This document shows, piece by piece, positions 25,836 to 40,941 of a stretch of DNA of 64,000 bases. This DNA is from Octopus vulgaris (taxonomy: Eukaryota). Position numbers and translations under genes: made by a program. The notes under the pieces are model-generated. The model was not told the DNA's origin. It made no database searches and was given only the letters and a program-made list of their open reading frames with translations. The stretch covers positions 175,460,001 through 175,524,000 of the forward strand of contig OX597815.1 in assembly GCA_951406725.2 (NCBI GenBank), in the 5' to 3' direction. How positions within the stretch are numbered: position 1 is the stretch's first letter; each line of letters opens with the position of its first letter.

Positions 25836-26549
25836 TGGTATATAAAGTTGCTGGACTAGTTATGTTTAATAAAAAAAAAAACTAGTGTTTAATAAAAAAA
25901 ATAACTTATTTACCTCAATCTCCTTCGAAATAGACACCTTCCCAGCTTTCCTGCCACTTTTGTAATCCGGCCCGGAAGTCATTTTCTATAAATGAATTGA
26001 AGACCTTATGTAATTCGCTCTGGATCTCGACAACGATGTTAAAACGATGATCATTGAGCTACATTTTATTTTTGGGGAAGAGATGGAAATCCGCACGTGC
26101 TAAATCTGGTGAATAGGACGGGTGCCTATATCTGCATTGTATTTTGAACTCTCCTTTCACATTGAACAGTTTCTGACTTCTCATATCCGTATTACTAAGT
26201 TAATGTTAAGTGAGTTGTACAAAAGACCAAATGTGGAAGTCAGTATAAGCGTTGCCATGGAGTTGTGAGCGATATGTTTACTGTATGTCGATTAGTGATG
26301 ACCACATTTTTACTCTCTCACCATCATACCTGACATTTTCATCTTGTCCAAAATACTTGTAGTTATTACTTGGTTTAACAGGTTCTATTCTTAGGTCGTT
26401 CACTAAAAAAAATTTCCTGTTAAGGCACAAATTTTCCTCGTTTTGGTATTACACGGGATCCATCAAATTTCATTCCATTCTATATAGAATACTGTGTAAT
26501 GATATCCAATTGCTTTTCGATATGGTTTATATTCAACCGGAATAGGATT

Positions 26550-29200
26550 AGGAGAACTCTAATGCAGTGGCGAGTAGGGGGACGGTTTTTAGATATAGGG
26601 TTTAGCAACGAATATGGAAATAAGCCGTCTTGGACCGACACGGGTTAACCTTTAGCAAGGCATAAGCACCCATCAACCTTCCGATCTGGGCCATGATGAG
26701 GCCATGGGAAGCAGAATGGCAGATAGGAAGTCTCAACAAAATATCCCCCTACCGACCATCTGAGACACTCACACGATGCTGAATAGAGGAATCTCCAGGA
26801 AGGTCAATGATCAAGGTTTCCAAATATCCGAGGTATATTACTATTAATATCTATAGATTCAACGGTCGTAGCTCATATTAAACTAACCAAAGATTTAAAT
26901 GACTAACATTAAAATCAGATCTATATCATGCATCGCCAGTCACGCAGAACCAAAGAATTCCGTAACCACGACTACAACGCGTCCTGCAGTGGTATTGGCT
27001 ATCTCCTAACATTCAAAAAGTCAGCTTTGGAACCAAACTAAACTCCACAGTGTTAGAATGCAAACAAACATCCATAATCTTAACTTTCAATATTCGATCT
27101 GTAAATTTCACTCACAAGTTACCGGAATTAGAAGCATCGACATTTCCTAAAAACACTGACATCAAACGCATTTAAGAACATTGTTTTTACTTTGATAATT
27201 TAGACCTAAAAACTAGAGAAAAGACTCGACTTTTATATCTGATTCATCATGGAAAAACTCAACAATCTGAGGAATAGAAATCCTCTTTAACTCTCAGGAT
27301 CTAAAATCTCTAAACAACGTTCGGGAGATTCTCCCTAGACAGATCTTCACAAAAATCAGTGGCCCCTTATGCCCCATGGCCATGTGCTACTATCTTAAAC
27401 AACTGAACTTATGAAGCTGGTTTCATAGATTTATATAACAATTATTCAATCAATCGAAATGGTCAGCGCATGCTAGATTTCATCACAAAACATAACCCGC
27501 AATACCTAAATGCTAATTTTTAGAAGAAGGGATCCAAGACTTGGCCACAAACTTATACCAAAGGAATTGAGGATCAATTGAACTGCATGTTCATAACTAA
27601 GTGGAAAACAGCAAAAGTGCCGAGCATAAAATTCCTTTGAAGGAGATGGTCCTGATCGTTGTATATCGTATACTAACCACAATCTCAGATGAGCTCCGAC
27701 AGACAAAATAATCTCAGAAGCTCCTCTATGTGACAGTAAAAAGCAATTTGATAATGTATCATCTTGGTGAAATAAAGGTTCAAGGCATTGCAAGCAGAAA
27801 TAGAACCCAACTCCCGAAATGCAACATTTGAATATGTTTTCCCCATCTTATCAACAAGCTGCAAAAATACTTTCTCCTCAAAACTAATACCAAACCGTGA
27901 ATCTTATGAGAGTTTGGAAGTCATTAACTAAAAACGCAATCACTTGAAGAGAGCAACAAGATCTTATTTACAATGACGATGCCAAACAAAAGACCCCCGT
28001 CCCCCAGTTATTTCAAACAAACCTATAAAACCTGCCATAAAATATGACGTTGACATCAAAGTTGGTGATTCCACACATTCGATCGAAACATTGACGTCCT
28101 GAAAGGAGCAAAGACAGGAATGCAGTTGGTTTTGATGGATTATCCTCAGAAGTTTGGTTAACTGAGGTTTTCTGTGAAATCCTTTCAATTCTGTATGACA
28201 ATTTACAATCAACATCCACTTGAGAAATGTGTTGTAGGCTATACTCTTCAATTTGACAAGAAAGATAATTTAAGTAATTTAGGCGTGGTTAAAGTAAACA
28301 GAAGAATCATCAATACAAAATTCTACAGCAGGTTGTCGTTGTTGTTGTTGAATCATATAACCAGAACTGGAGAGGAAGGACTTATGAAGAAAAATCAAGA
28401 AACAGATTCAGGAAAAAATCGGTCTACAGTGTAACAGTCAAAAGAATCTTCGAAAGAGATAGAGATTAAAAATCTATAGACACTCTTACTGTTAATAAGC
28501 TTTTCAAAAGCTTTCACCTTTCTCCACCGAGGCAGAATAGAGCGAATTTTTTTAAGCATACGATACACTACTAGAAGTAGTAGCAGCAGTAATGAGGCTC
28601 TACAAAAATACAAGTGTTGAAGTACGATCACCTGATAGAAACTCTTCCAGTCTCGTTTATCCTCATAGCTTCAGTGGATAAAATTTTTAAAAAAAGCACA
28701 AAAAAACTGGGCTTCACTCGAGCAAAGGCCACTTTCCCTTGTCAGATAATATCAGCAATGGCAGATGCAGGTTATAAGTGATGATGACATTCTTTTAGCA
28801 GGCGCAATCTCAGAAGCTGCCATCCTTCTACACGACGTTGGGAAAATGGCAGAAGGTATTAGTGTTTATTTCAACGCTTCAAAGTATGAATATCTATAAC
28901 GTATCTACTTATGAAGTCTTCCTGGTTTTTGACAAGGAAGATTTTAATAAGTCGACCAAACAAAACTCTCCAAAATCTGTAGGCTCCTTCGTATACCGAG
29001 AAAATATCACATTTATAGAATGGTATGTAACACTTTGATTCGAGAAAGCATGGGCTGTTCTTCACGGTGTTTGTGTCATGTGAAAGTCATCGTTACCCAA
29101 TAATCTTGAGAGGAACTTCTTCAGTGCCACTATGGGACGAGTATTTGAAAGAGTCTGATGTTTTAACATTCTGGAAACACTTGCAGGCAAAGTATGGTGG
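26550..29200 (+). mobile_element. Highly decayed LINE (RTE-like) with APE and RT remnants
   Basis: Broken motifs LTFNIRS..DI..*EH (~27080), FRKNRST and FSKAF (~28400-28515), DDDILL (~28780); many stops; boundaries approximate. Confidence 0.6.
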
Positions 29201-32200
29201 GGCATGTTAACTAAACAATATATGGAAGGCTTCTTGCTATCAATGATGTCATTAGAGAGAGGAGCGGGGGGGATATATTACAAGAGAGAACAAAGCAAGA
29301 ATTCACTGGTGCTGCACTCTGGTGGCCTCTCTGACTGATATAAATGAGTTGGCCATCGAGGCAAAAATCTTTTATTGAACAGTTCTGTACGGAAACGAAA
29401 TTTTGCCCTGATGACCTCTCGAACACTAGGCAGGGGTCATGATGGGAGTTGCGATCGAGTCGTGCAAATGCGAGCAAATTTAATCGTCCAAAAATGGAAG
29501 TTGAGAGATATTTTTAGATTCAAGGTAGCCATTTCTATAAACACTGTTTCTATAAAACATGTTTGAGAACAGATATGGAAATGCATTTAACAAGAGACGG
29601 ATATCATTAGTTTCTCCTCACCTTTTAGAAGTAGGGAAGTCTCCTATGTTTTTGATAGGTTAATAGTGGTTGTGAGACTTTGAGTTATTGTAAAGCTTTG
29701 CAAATCCATTTCTGTGATATGCTATTGAAAGCTACTCCATAACGAAACTTTTGCAGTTCTTTAACTGTTTTCTTGGATCATTAGCTGTTCTCTTCCACTC
29801 CATACATTTTTCTTTCTCTTAGATTTCCCAAGTGTTTTATAGTATTGTGTTTGAACAAAATGTGACACCCAATGTATTTAATAAATTTAATATCATGGAA
29901 GGACATTGGTCAGTAATTTGTATCCTGAATGATTTTCGCCACTTTTTGGAATGAGAAGAGTGACAAGTACAAACCATACGAGCAGACATAAATGTACTCA
30001 TATGTCCTTTCCCGATAAAATACCAAAATGCTAACTTCTTGCATCAATATCCTGTTTTAAGATCTCGGCCCGGAAATGTTCTCTTTGATTTTCCCTCTGC
30101 AACCTTATGTTATTGCTTTGGCTTTACAGCCATATAGTTTGTTTATTAAACTTATATTTTCTTCCTCTTATTGACTTTCGTTACAGTTATTTTGTTCTGA
30201 TGCTGTGTCTTCCACAGAAATTGTGCCAATTCCCGTTGTAGTTACGGCATTAACATTTTGGGGTTCTTCAGCGAACAATTTATTCAGCATTTTGCTTTTA
30301 CAACACGTTGATGTGTATTTTAGTTTCTTGGCTGTGATTGAAATTCTTCTTGTTTCAGTGAACATAGTTTATTATTTCAAGTTTCAACTGCTTTATTTTA
30401 TTTCTTTGGATGTATGTGCTGTGTTGCATTTTATAACCACGAGAATATATGAAATGTTTCTCCATAGAAATATATTTTATTATAATCCAAGACTCTTGTC
30501 TGCATCATGCTTGGGTTGGTTGCCTTAGCTTCTTGCGATGACTTAGTACTGTCCTGCTTGTTAGGTAAATTTTAGATAAATTTCAGCTGTTTTATTTACA
30601 ACTTCGAATTCAAATTGAAAGAAATAGCTTATCTTCAAGTCGAAATTTCGTACAAGTTCTAGTGTTCCTTGCCAAATTAATTTTAAGATGTTAAAGAGAT
30701 TCATTTATTTATCTATTCGCTCTACAACCGTTTGAATTTGAAATGAAGTGCCATCAGCATTCGGAAACATCTGTTGTGGCTCACTGCTATCTTCAGGGAT
30801 AATACACTTTGACACGATGTCGCTGTTATTAATGATTTCTAACATAGCTACAAGGTGGCCTTTGATATTTGTATTGTACCTTGCACCGCTTTTCGGTGTT
30901 TTATTTTTTATTTATTGTTAATTTGTGTTAAGACTGAAAATTTATTCATATGGATTACCAGTTCATTGAAATGTTTTTGGGCTTGAATCAAATTTTGGGT
31001 GTTTGGTGTTCCATGGGTGTGCAAATCTTTGTATAGAATCATTACATTTTGGCCGGGAATATTTATGTGTCTGTATAATTCTTTGTTAAAATTGTAACTC
31101 AATGTTTTCTTTGGTTTTCTTTGACAAAAACTTACAGATTTAACCGTGAGGATCTTGTGCATAGACTGCTTAATTCACATCTAGTTTTTAAATCGATGAT
31201 CATTTTCTTAAAAAATTTGTTAGATTTTAGTCACAATTGAATTCAGTTACTTCCAGTATGTGAAGTATTTTCTAAGATTATGTTGAGCCAACATATCTAT
31301 CTGAGCATCCATAATTGGCTCTCCGTCGGTTACGACGGTGAATGTTCCAGTTGATCCGATCAACGGAGCAGCCTGCCCGTGAAATTAACGAGTAAGTGTC
31401 TGAGCACTCCACAAACACCCGTACCCTTAACGCAGTTCTCAGGGAGATTCAGTGTGACACAGACTGTGACAAGATTGGCCCTTTTGAATTTTGTCAGGGG
31501 AGTGAAGTGGAGCGACGTAAAATAAAGTGTCTTGCTCACGCCGCCGGGGATCAAAGTCACGACCTTAGAATCGTGAGCCGAATACCGTAACCACTGAGCC
31601 ACGTGCCTTTAGCTGAGTGTGCATAGTTACTGTGCAACATGTCGGGAAACTCATCGAAACATTGTTTGTCTTATTAGTTGTCTGCATGTTACAGTAATAT
31701 ATTATTTCTTTACTACCCACAAGGGCTAAACACAGAAGGGACAAACTAGGACAGACAAACGGATTAAGTCGATTATATCAACCCCAGTGCGCAACTAGTA
31801 CTTAATTTATCGATCCCGAAAGGATGAAAGGCAAAGTCGACCTCGGCGGAAATTAAACTGAGAACGTAACGGCAGACGAAATACCGCTCGGCATTTCGCC
31901 TGACGTGCTAACGATTCTGCCAGCTCGCCGCCTTATGTTACAGTAATATATGTAATGCTTTCGCGACTCCTCAAGGAATCTTTGTAAATAACCTGACGTC
32001 CATTCTGCTGCTCAACTTTTCCCACATTTTGGTTCGTATGCTTTTATTTAATTGTTAATTGTAGGCTACTGAATATTGAGTTAACCAATGTAGAGATTAT
32101 CTTCACGTGATATACGCATGAATATCTGAACGAATTACATACTAATCACTTTCTCCTATCTTTGCTTTCCCTTTTCCATTTGCACTCCCTCCTTCTCTCT

Positions 32201-32212
32201 TCCTCTTTGTCC

Positions 32213-32251
<39 letters not shown>

Positions 32252-34699
32252 CATCTATCTATCTATCTATCTACCTACCTACCTACCTGCCTGTCTGCCT
32301 GTCTACCTGCCATGGGCGTCATATGAATTTATAAACTTTCGAGAGAACAACAAATAATAATTTTTTGGAACAGTGGATCTCGAAGGACATAAAGCTATAA
32401 ATAAATCTACAGGAGATGTGGGTTCGTGTCCCATGGGCGGCCTTCGACTTTTTCCATCCAAAAGGGCTTTTCAATCAGGTATTTACCCCCCCCCCCCCAC
32501 ATACAAACACAAATCAGTTTTGCAGAGAACTAAAAGTAATGACCTGTGACACAAAAGACTGTAAAACAATGCATAGCTTTCTTGTTTCTCATCAATCAGC
32601 TGTTGTCCCACTTCGTTCCACTTTAATTAATGAGTTGTTCATATAATCTAGTTTGTTGATTTCAGGCTTACGATGAGAATAGTTTATGGAGAATTAGTTC
32701 TTGATAAGTGACCCCCATCACAAAAAGGAAAGAGTTCTGCATGGCAGATAATCTCTCTTGCACTGACTGAGGTCGCATTTCTCATCTAAAAACTAGATTT
32801 ACGGTCAATGAAAGACCACATGCCAGGAGAGTAACTGGAATGCTTATGTGCACATAACTACAGTAGTCCGAGTGGAATACTGCTGTCCTTTATGTCCAGT
32901 GATGTGGTCATCTCTATTGCAGAGCAGAAGATTCGTTTTGGACAAAAACTCAAAAGCAGAGATGCTGTCGATGTGATTCTTGACAAAATTATGCGCTGCA
33001 TTTGTCACACAAAACAAATTCAAAACTGAAATCAGAGAAAACCATGTTGTTTAATGTTATTACAAGTACATGTCTGTAATGAGAAATCGACTTGATGACC
33101 ATCACACAGACAGACAGACAAACACACACATGCACACGTTCTCTTACAGAATCCATTCTATGACACACAAACGTGCATCCACACACACATCAGCGTGTAT
33201 ACACACGTGTACACACGCTCTTTTTTCATTCTCTCCCTCTCTCACAAACACTCCCACACATTTCCATCTTAATACAGAATCTGTAAAGACTCTGCGAGGC
33301 GCACTTTAAGTAGACCTGGGGTAGAGAGGACATGTCATTGATGAGGTCATGTGTAGAAACGAAAGGACAAATCCAACTGATTGATTGATTGATTAATCGA
33401 ACGATTAATTAAACAATCGATTAGTTAAATGGTTCACCAAAATTAAAATGAAGTGAAATAAAAGCAGCGCGTGTGTTTATAATTGGCATAATGACCCTCC
33501 CGCGATACGATAAAATATATAAGTTCAGCTTGAGAATACAACAAACCAAATACGAAAACAAAATATGTTATTTTTCCCTGAAAGTCACTTCAGAGCCTAG
33601 TTATATCATTCAGCGCTAGTATTGAATATTTGTTCATTCGCTGATCATTTAGATATCCTAAAAGGGATATTATTAATAGGAGTATCTATAAAAGAATTGG
33701 GAAGATCAGAATGTTTGTGCATGTAACGTTAGTTTTCATTCGGTTTAAGGATAGGGCATTTTCATTTTAAAATCAAGGCTGACATCTAAAAAGTTCACCA
33801 TTTTATGTGTCACTTTAATCTTTAATCTTACCATTTCTTTTGAAATGGCAAGATTAAAGTTTAAAAAAAAATAATTTTAGCCCCCTTCGAAGCCTTTCTG
33901 TGGAATTTAGTTATATAAGAAAAGATAAGTTTAGGTAATTCATATTAAAAGAATCTCTGACGAAGTGAAGATACCATAAATATATCTGGCCTAGGTTACG
34001 TAAGTCGACCTAAATCTTCCCTGAAACTCATAAATATTACAGGATTAAATTATTTCGAAACTAACTCTTCGGCTTTGTTTTTTTCTATAGATACGAACAC
34101 TTACAAACGTAATACATACTGGTATACTAGGTTATACTAGTAAATTTCTAAGTGAAAATCTGTAAAAGTTAAAATTTTTGAAGACACCGGTAAGCAGATA
34201 TACTTTGTAGGAATAACAGTAAAAAATATGCAAGACTTTCCTTGAGTTTGTTGTTGCTATTCAGATTTCAACGATGGAGTTTTTTTCTTTCTTTTCGTTA
34301 AAAACCAATTTCCTTCTTCTAGAAATAATTCTAATAAAAGAAAAAGACTCAAAGTCATGCCTATTCTTTTATTTCATTCAGAATTTAGGACTTCAGCTAT
34401 GATGGGGCATATCATATTAATACCGGTACTTATTTCGTTTTAAAACATGGTATTTATTTTAGCGATTTCTATTTATCCCCGCCATTAAGGTACGGAAGCA
34501 TTATTTCGCCACGCAGGGTCAAATGTAACGAACAATAGACACACAGAGAACACACACACACACTAAGCTTTTCTAGTCTACGCATACCAATTCTACCGCA
34601 AGGTTATTGGTTGGCTCGAAGCTATAGTAAAAGACACGAAACCGAGAAGTTTAATTACAATAATGTGGTCACAATTAGCAAAGGTAAGAAACATCAACA

Positions 34700-35130
34700 A
34701 GAACGTAATTAGGATCGAAGTGAGGCCATCGTAATCTATGATGCCAGCGATTGTGTATATTGCAAGAGAGGCAGAGTTAAAAACATTGAATTGGTCAGGA
34801 TTCGATATGACATGCTTTCACAGAATTCTTGGCTTTATGTTGCAGGACTATCGGACCAACTGTTCAGTCTTCGAACAAATTAATGCTTTGTCTGCGCAGA
34901 GAGAGAATGATCATAAAAACAAAACAAAGAATTATTCATTGGTTCGGCCACATTAGCAGAATGACTGGGTCGTATGTAAATGTCGTCATATTTGGACAAT
35001 TAGAAAGCAAAGGAGGAAAGGACGAGCAAAGAGAGACTGGATCAAAGATATTGGGACGAGAACATCGCAATAACGAAAGCCCAAAGCAGAGAGAAGTGGG
35101 AAAAAAATTGATTAAAAATAATTGAAGAGC
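34700..35130 (+). mobile_element. Decayed RTE-like LINE C-terminal fragment
   Basis: FDMTCFHRILG..RTN..V and WFGHISRM motifs in broken frames. Confidence 0.6.
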
Positions 35131-35823
35131 TTCAGTGGCAGAAATGTTTTATTTCCTAGATGAGGTAGTCATGGTTTTTTTTCTCTCTTAATAATTTGAT
35201 ATTTTGATATTTTTTCTTTCATTTCTCTTGTAAAAATATGTTGTTAATATAAATTATCTATAAAAAAAAAATAAATTAAAAAAAAATGTATATTGAAGTA
35301 TATTTATAACTGAGAATTTAGAGAATCAGCCTAGTGTCCTTAGTCAAATCTGACTAAAACAAAATATCTCATCTGGTCAAGGCTGGTTGAATAAGAGTAT
35401 GTATGGCACCCGTTGTATTCATCGTGTCGAGGGAAACGAAAACTGATTCAGCGCTTAGTAACAATAGTTATTATATAGCTTGGCCTGTTCTTTTGCCGTT
35501 AACATAACGACTGCCTGAGAGACAATTATTGGCTTTCATCTGAGGAAGCAGAATGATGTTGATGTATCACAAATAATAAACATTTTCAATAATTAGGGAC
35601 CTTAAATATCATATTTGTTGTATTACTCGGGTTCAAATTAAATTCCTTTAATATCCGTCTTGTTTGTCAGTGGCCTCTAACTTAGCGTGCAGTATCAAGT
35701 CAGCCTGGTTTACAACGATTTTTATTTCCTGTCACAAGGGCCAAACATAGAAGGGACAGCACAAGGACAGACAGAACGACACAATTGGGACAAAAATATA
35801 AAACGAATGAAAAATGAGAAAAA

Positions 35824-36207
35824 TCTTTATATATAAAAGTAAGGTTGTGTGTCTGTCTCCTACGATTTAGATTCCTAACTACTCCCACATTTTGCGGAGC
35901 AGTTTAACCAAAACCGGGTATCTTATAGTCGTGATTCATGTCGAGCCCTTCTGGGTATTAGCGCGCGTCTACGATGAGTCTACGATTTTAAAAATAATTT
36001 ACCATCATTTTTTTCCATTTTAATGCATTTTTTCGCTATTATATAAGGGAAGTAACTCTCTAAAAATGTATACGATGAGTCAACGATTTAAAAAAAAATT
36101 ACCATAATTTTTTTTCCATTTTAACGCATTTTTTGGCTATAACTCTCTAAAAATGCTTTATAGTTATTTCCCTTACAAACCCGAGCAACGCCGGGCGATA
36201 CTGCTAG
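35824..36207 (+). mobile_element. Non-autonomous Helitron
   Basis: A|TC start, subterminal hairpin CCCGAGCAACGCCGGG, CTAG|T end, no TSD, internal tandem duplication. Confidence 0.88.
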
Positions 36208-36541
36208 TGTTATATAAAAATGAAAAAATGAAAAGGCTGCATGAGCCCCATTCTCATGCTGTACTATTTGAACGTTTTTACTCGTAGTTTATAATCTTTA
36301 TTTTTTCCTTTGTTTTTTTCTCCATTAGTATCATTTTTGTTCTCTCTTTAAAAAAAACCCAATTTAACTTTTTTTAAAATAAACTATGAATGGTTCCAGT
36401 TCTCTTAATTCCACTACCTTCGGCAATAAATAATGAAAGTGAACAAGGTTACATAGCATGTAATAACTCGAGAAGCCAATATTATGCAACAAAGGCAAGA
36501 ATCAAATGAGTTAATAAATACATTATTTCTGAAGTGAATAG

Positions 36542-39430
36542 TTTTTTTTTCTCTCTAGTTTCAGCTCAGAGCTGCGGCCATGCTGATGCACCGCCGTTTT
36601 GCTACACTTATTACTAAGAGCCTCCTCTAATAAGTGGCACTTGGTGAAGAATGGAGTTTGATATAGTTACCCTCATTTGCACCTCTTGCCATGAGGTAGG
36701 TTCATCTGGGACTCTCGACAGGAAGATGTTCAGCTTTGATTTAAAAAACCCTACATCTACTTTGTGCAAGTTCCGTTGGGAGAATATTAAAAGCTGTGGG
36801 CCCTTGAAACCCAGGCTGTTGCAGTAACTGGTCCTGAAGTATGATGGCATTGCTGGGATCTTAGACACTATGCAATGTCGTCCCGTTCTGGCATTGGCGT
36901 AGCTTTCAATGCCAAAATTTGGCACAATTCCTTCCAGGATCTTCCAGATATATATTACTGCATACCTCTCCCATATTCTCTCCAGGGAGTAGAGTCTTAG
37001 CAGTTTCAACCTTTCCCAGTAGCTGAGCTGTTGCAAAGGGACGACCTTCTTTGTGAAAATTCTCTGAATTGCTTCAAGGTCCGTTGTTAATTTCACACTG
37101 GTGGGTGACCATAGCTGTGAGCAGTAATCCAGGCGGCTGAGAACGAATGTCCGCCAGAGGACCATCATGGTTTCCTTTTCTGGTTCTGAATGTTCTTAGG
37201 ATCCATCCATCCAGTCGTCTGCACTTTGTCGCCATCCTGGTAATGTGCACTTGGAAAGAAGTATCATCACTCATGTCGATACCCCGGTCCCTCACAGACT
37301 TTGGCTCTGGGATTGAAATTCCCTGTGGACCGGTGTACCCTGTAAGTTTCATATTCAGTTTTGGATGCTGGTAGCGCAGGGCCTGGAATTTTTCAGCATT
37401 AAACTGCATATTATTATCCTCAGCCCATCTGTAAATTGAGTCCAACTCCTGCTGCAGGTATGCAACATCGCTAGGGTTCTGTATTTTCTGCGAGACTTTC
37501 GTATCATCTGCATAGCTTGCAAGGGTGGCTATCCGGACATTTGAGGGCATATCTGAGAGGGCCACTATAAAAAGCAGTGGTTCCAAGACAGTGCCCAGTG
37601 GAACACCGCTCACTATTTGTGTGTTCATAGAGGTGGCTCCATTAGCCAATACTGCCTGACTCCTATCTTTCAGGAAGTCATGTAACCACTCTCCAAGTTT
37701 TCCAGCTATGCCAAGGTCACGCAGTTTGTGGCATATCATACCATGATCCACTTTATCAAAAGCTTTTGCAAAATCAAGGCATATTACGTCCTCATTTGAT
37801 TTGTTGAGTAACTGCCTCAACACCCAGTCATAATGTTGTAATAGCTGGGTCAGACAGCTCCTACCTGGTCGAAAACCATGCTGGGTATCACTCAACAAGT
37901 TATTTTCTTCAAGGAATGCGATTAGTTTCCCTCTGACTATCCGTTCCATGACTTTGCTGATGTGTGAAGTCAGAGAGATAGGCCTATAGTTTTTGGCATC
38001 TGCTCTACTCCCCCCTTATGTATTGGGCATATTATTCCCTCCTGATGCTTGGCAGTTTGCCATTTTTAAGAAAGCTCTGGAAGAGAATCTGGAGGGGTTT
38101 GCCAGGGCATGCTTACACGATTTGAGGAGGATTGCTGGGAAACCATCTGGACCAGCAGTTGAGTTTGTGTCCACTTCATCTATGGCTAATAGTATATCTT
38201 CTTCGCTAATGTCGATGTATTCCATTGTAACTGCCTCACTGGTTATAGGTGAGGTGGCAAAGAAGTCCATTGGCTCGTTCACTTGTCTGTGTTCCAACGG
38301 GGTGGTAAAGACACTTTCGAACTGGTCATTCAGAATCTCACTGATCTTAGTTGGACTGTCTGCGAGGGAGCCATCTTGTAGTGCACTGAGGCTGTTTCTT
38401 TCGCGTAATGAAAGAATGCCTTTGGGTTTGACTTAATGTTCTTATAACCTAGGCTTCTTTGTCTGCTTTCTCTCTCACATAGAATTGTTGCAGCCTTTTT
38501 TCGATCTCCATGAGTGTTGTTTTTAGGTGGGATCTTTCGCTACTTTTGGGATGTTGGTTGAATCGATTCGTCGTCTCATGAGGATCTTCCTGTCTCTTGG
38601 AATCTTGCTCCTATTTGTTTTGGCCTTGTGCTCTGGGACATATTTCTGGCATACGGCTTGCACAGAAGACATGAAACATTCTAGTTTCATGTCAACGTCC
38701 AGTGTGGAGAGACATTTCGGCCAGTCCTCTCTGAGGATCTCTTTTTGGATCGATTTCCAATCTGCTTTGTGGAAGTTCAGATTGGAGAGATTTCGGGTGC
38801 TTCCTTTAGGCTGTATGTTTCTGGTTACTTTCGGCCCAAACATAGACAGCTCTATTATGTTGTGATCCGAGACTAATGTCGGTGTCACTTTCACATCATG
38901 AACGATGTCCATATTGTTCGTGAAGCAGAGATCCAGAATGTTATTCGCCCTAGTTGGTCTGAATACAGCTTGCTCCATGAATAGGGCATTGGCGAGGTTG
39001 AGCAGGCACTCCACTTGTGCTTGCTTGCAATGAGTCATTCCTGAGAGTATGAGACCTTCGGGCCAGTTGACGTTGGGGAAGTTGAAATCACCCATAAGAA
39101 ATATGGTCACGTGGTGTTCCAGATTCATGAGGATTTCTTTAATTCTTGTGAGGCAATCTTCAAACTTGCCTATGTGGTTTGGAGCATCCGGTGGGCAATA
39201 TATATTGTATATGACTATATTATGTTGCCTTATGTATACAATTAGAGTGTCACATACCGAATTTGAGTATGACAGTAAGACCTGAGGTGTGACTGTGGTG
39301 GTGTTGCATAGTGGTGGGCAAGGTTCCTTGTTTGTGCTTGGTGTAGCCAGGTCAGCTGCTGGACAATCCTTTGCGCCATGCACAAGAAAGACCCTTGCTC
39401 AGCTGCTGCGTTGCGCAGAACACCTGAGGA
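36542..39430 (-). mobile_element. CR1-group LINE, degenerate ORF2 (APE endonuclease plus RT)
   Basis: APE motifs MGDFNFP, PTR..NILDL, SDH; RT motifs QHGFRPGRSC, LDFAKAFDKVDH, SGVP, YADDTK; LDYCSQLWSP; several frameshifts. Confidence 0.93.
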
Positions 39431-40022
39431 GCACACTTGATAACAACCTTTTATACTTCAGTGTTAAATACAATTTTAATGATTCTGCTAAGATGCCGTT
39501 TTAAATGAATGACAATATTTCGATTGCTTCAACTGTCTTGGCCGAGTTGAATGCAACAACTTCAACTGTCTTGGCCGAGTTGAATGCAACAAATCATTGT
39601 AAGAGTTAAGGGTTACTAAACTAACCAAAATAGCAGCACTAATGTCAACAGCTCAACTGTAGAATCTCTACGTAATCGCTCGATTAGCAAGAGATGACAT
39701 CCAAATGTGTATACTCAATCAAGACTGACCGGGGGCTACACATAATAACCTCATGGACAAAGAAAATAATAACAGCAGCGGTCACTCTTGTCCAAGATGG
39801 TTGATTGACAGTTGCGATCCTAATTCATTTCATTCGTTTTCTAATTTTCCTTCTCCTCCTCCTCTTCCTATTGTAGTTACCTCAACTGTTTTGTTGTCAT
39901 ACAATTCTCTGTTAGACTGGTTTATCATAACGAAAATATGTTGACAAGCCGGTTTAACAGGTCCCGCACTTCTGATGTGTCTTTACGCATCTCATTTCTT
40001 GTTCGGAGGCACCACTGCCTGC

Positions 40023-40057
<35 letters not shown>

Positions 40058-40904
40058 TGTGTGTGTTTATATGATTTGCGTCATGTATAAATGTGTATGT
40101 ACGTGAGTGTAATTGTGTGAATGACTATGCGCCTATACAAGTGGAAATAATCGTCTCATTCTCTGTGACAGTTCCTAAGGTCGTATGTATGTATACTTGT
40201 ATATATGTAAGGAAATATTTGTCATGTTTTGTGCGCGTAGCCTCTTATGTGAAATTATTGACGGCAAAAACAGAAACCAAAAATTATACCCGCCTCCCTC
40301 CCCACCCAACAAGAAAATAGAAAACAAGTTACCAAGTGGGAGTTGATTTTTAAACTGGTTATTTTGAAATTGTATTCTAATACACACACACACACACACA
40401 CACCGAGACGTGCTTGCGTATGTGTGGACATATCTGTCTATGCGTTGATACATGTGATTACACACGATTTTTGTTTTTTTCCAATCTTCCTGTTGTCTCA
40501 ATCCTGAATAGACCTTGGGCTTCCACATCATTAGCTGTGAGTGTTTCTAAATTTAGTGAAAAGCGAAGAGATTAAGGGAATCTTCGTTCGTAAAACTAAT
40601 TCCATTGACCTCCCGAAATTGTTTGAGGTTTTTAAGCAATGGAGTATCTCTAATCTAAATTCAACGTTTCTCACAAGAAAGGATCAATACAAGGGATATA
40701 TTGACTATATACATACGGGCCTATTTACACACAGTTATCTTCAGTCAAAGAAGTAAGTCACCCTAATTTACCTTCTGGTTCAGTTTATTTTTTTAAACTT
40801 ATATTGATCTTTTTTAATGTGTTTTAACATTACGTAGTGTGAAGCAAAATGGTAGCGTGTATCTCTTTTACCAATTCTTCTGGTCAATAAAGAAATATAT
40901 ATGT

Positions 40905-40941
<37 letters not shown>

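Noticed and set aside
29560-31300. Possible decayed DNA transposon
   Set aside because: No convincing motif or termini could be read; left unassigned.
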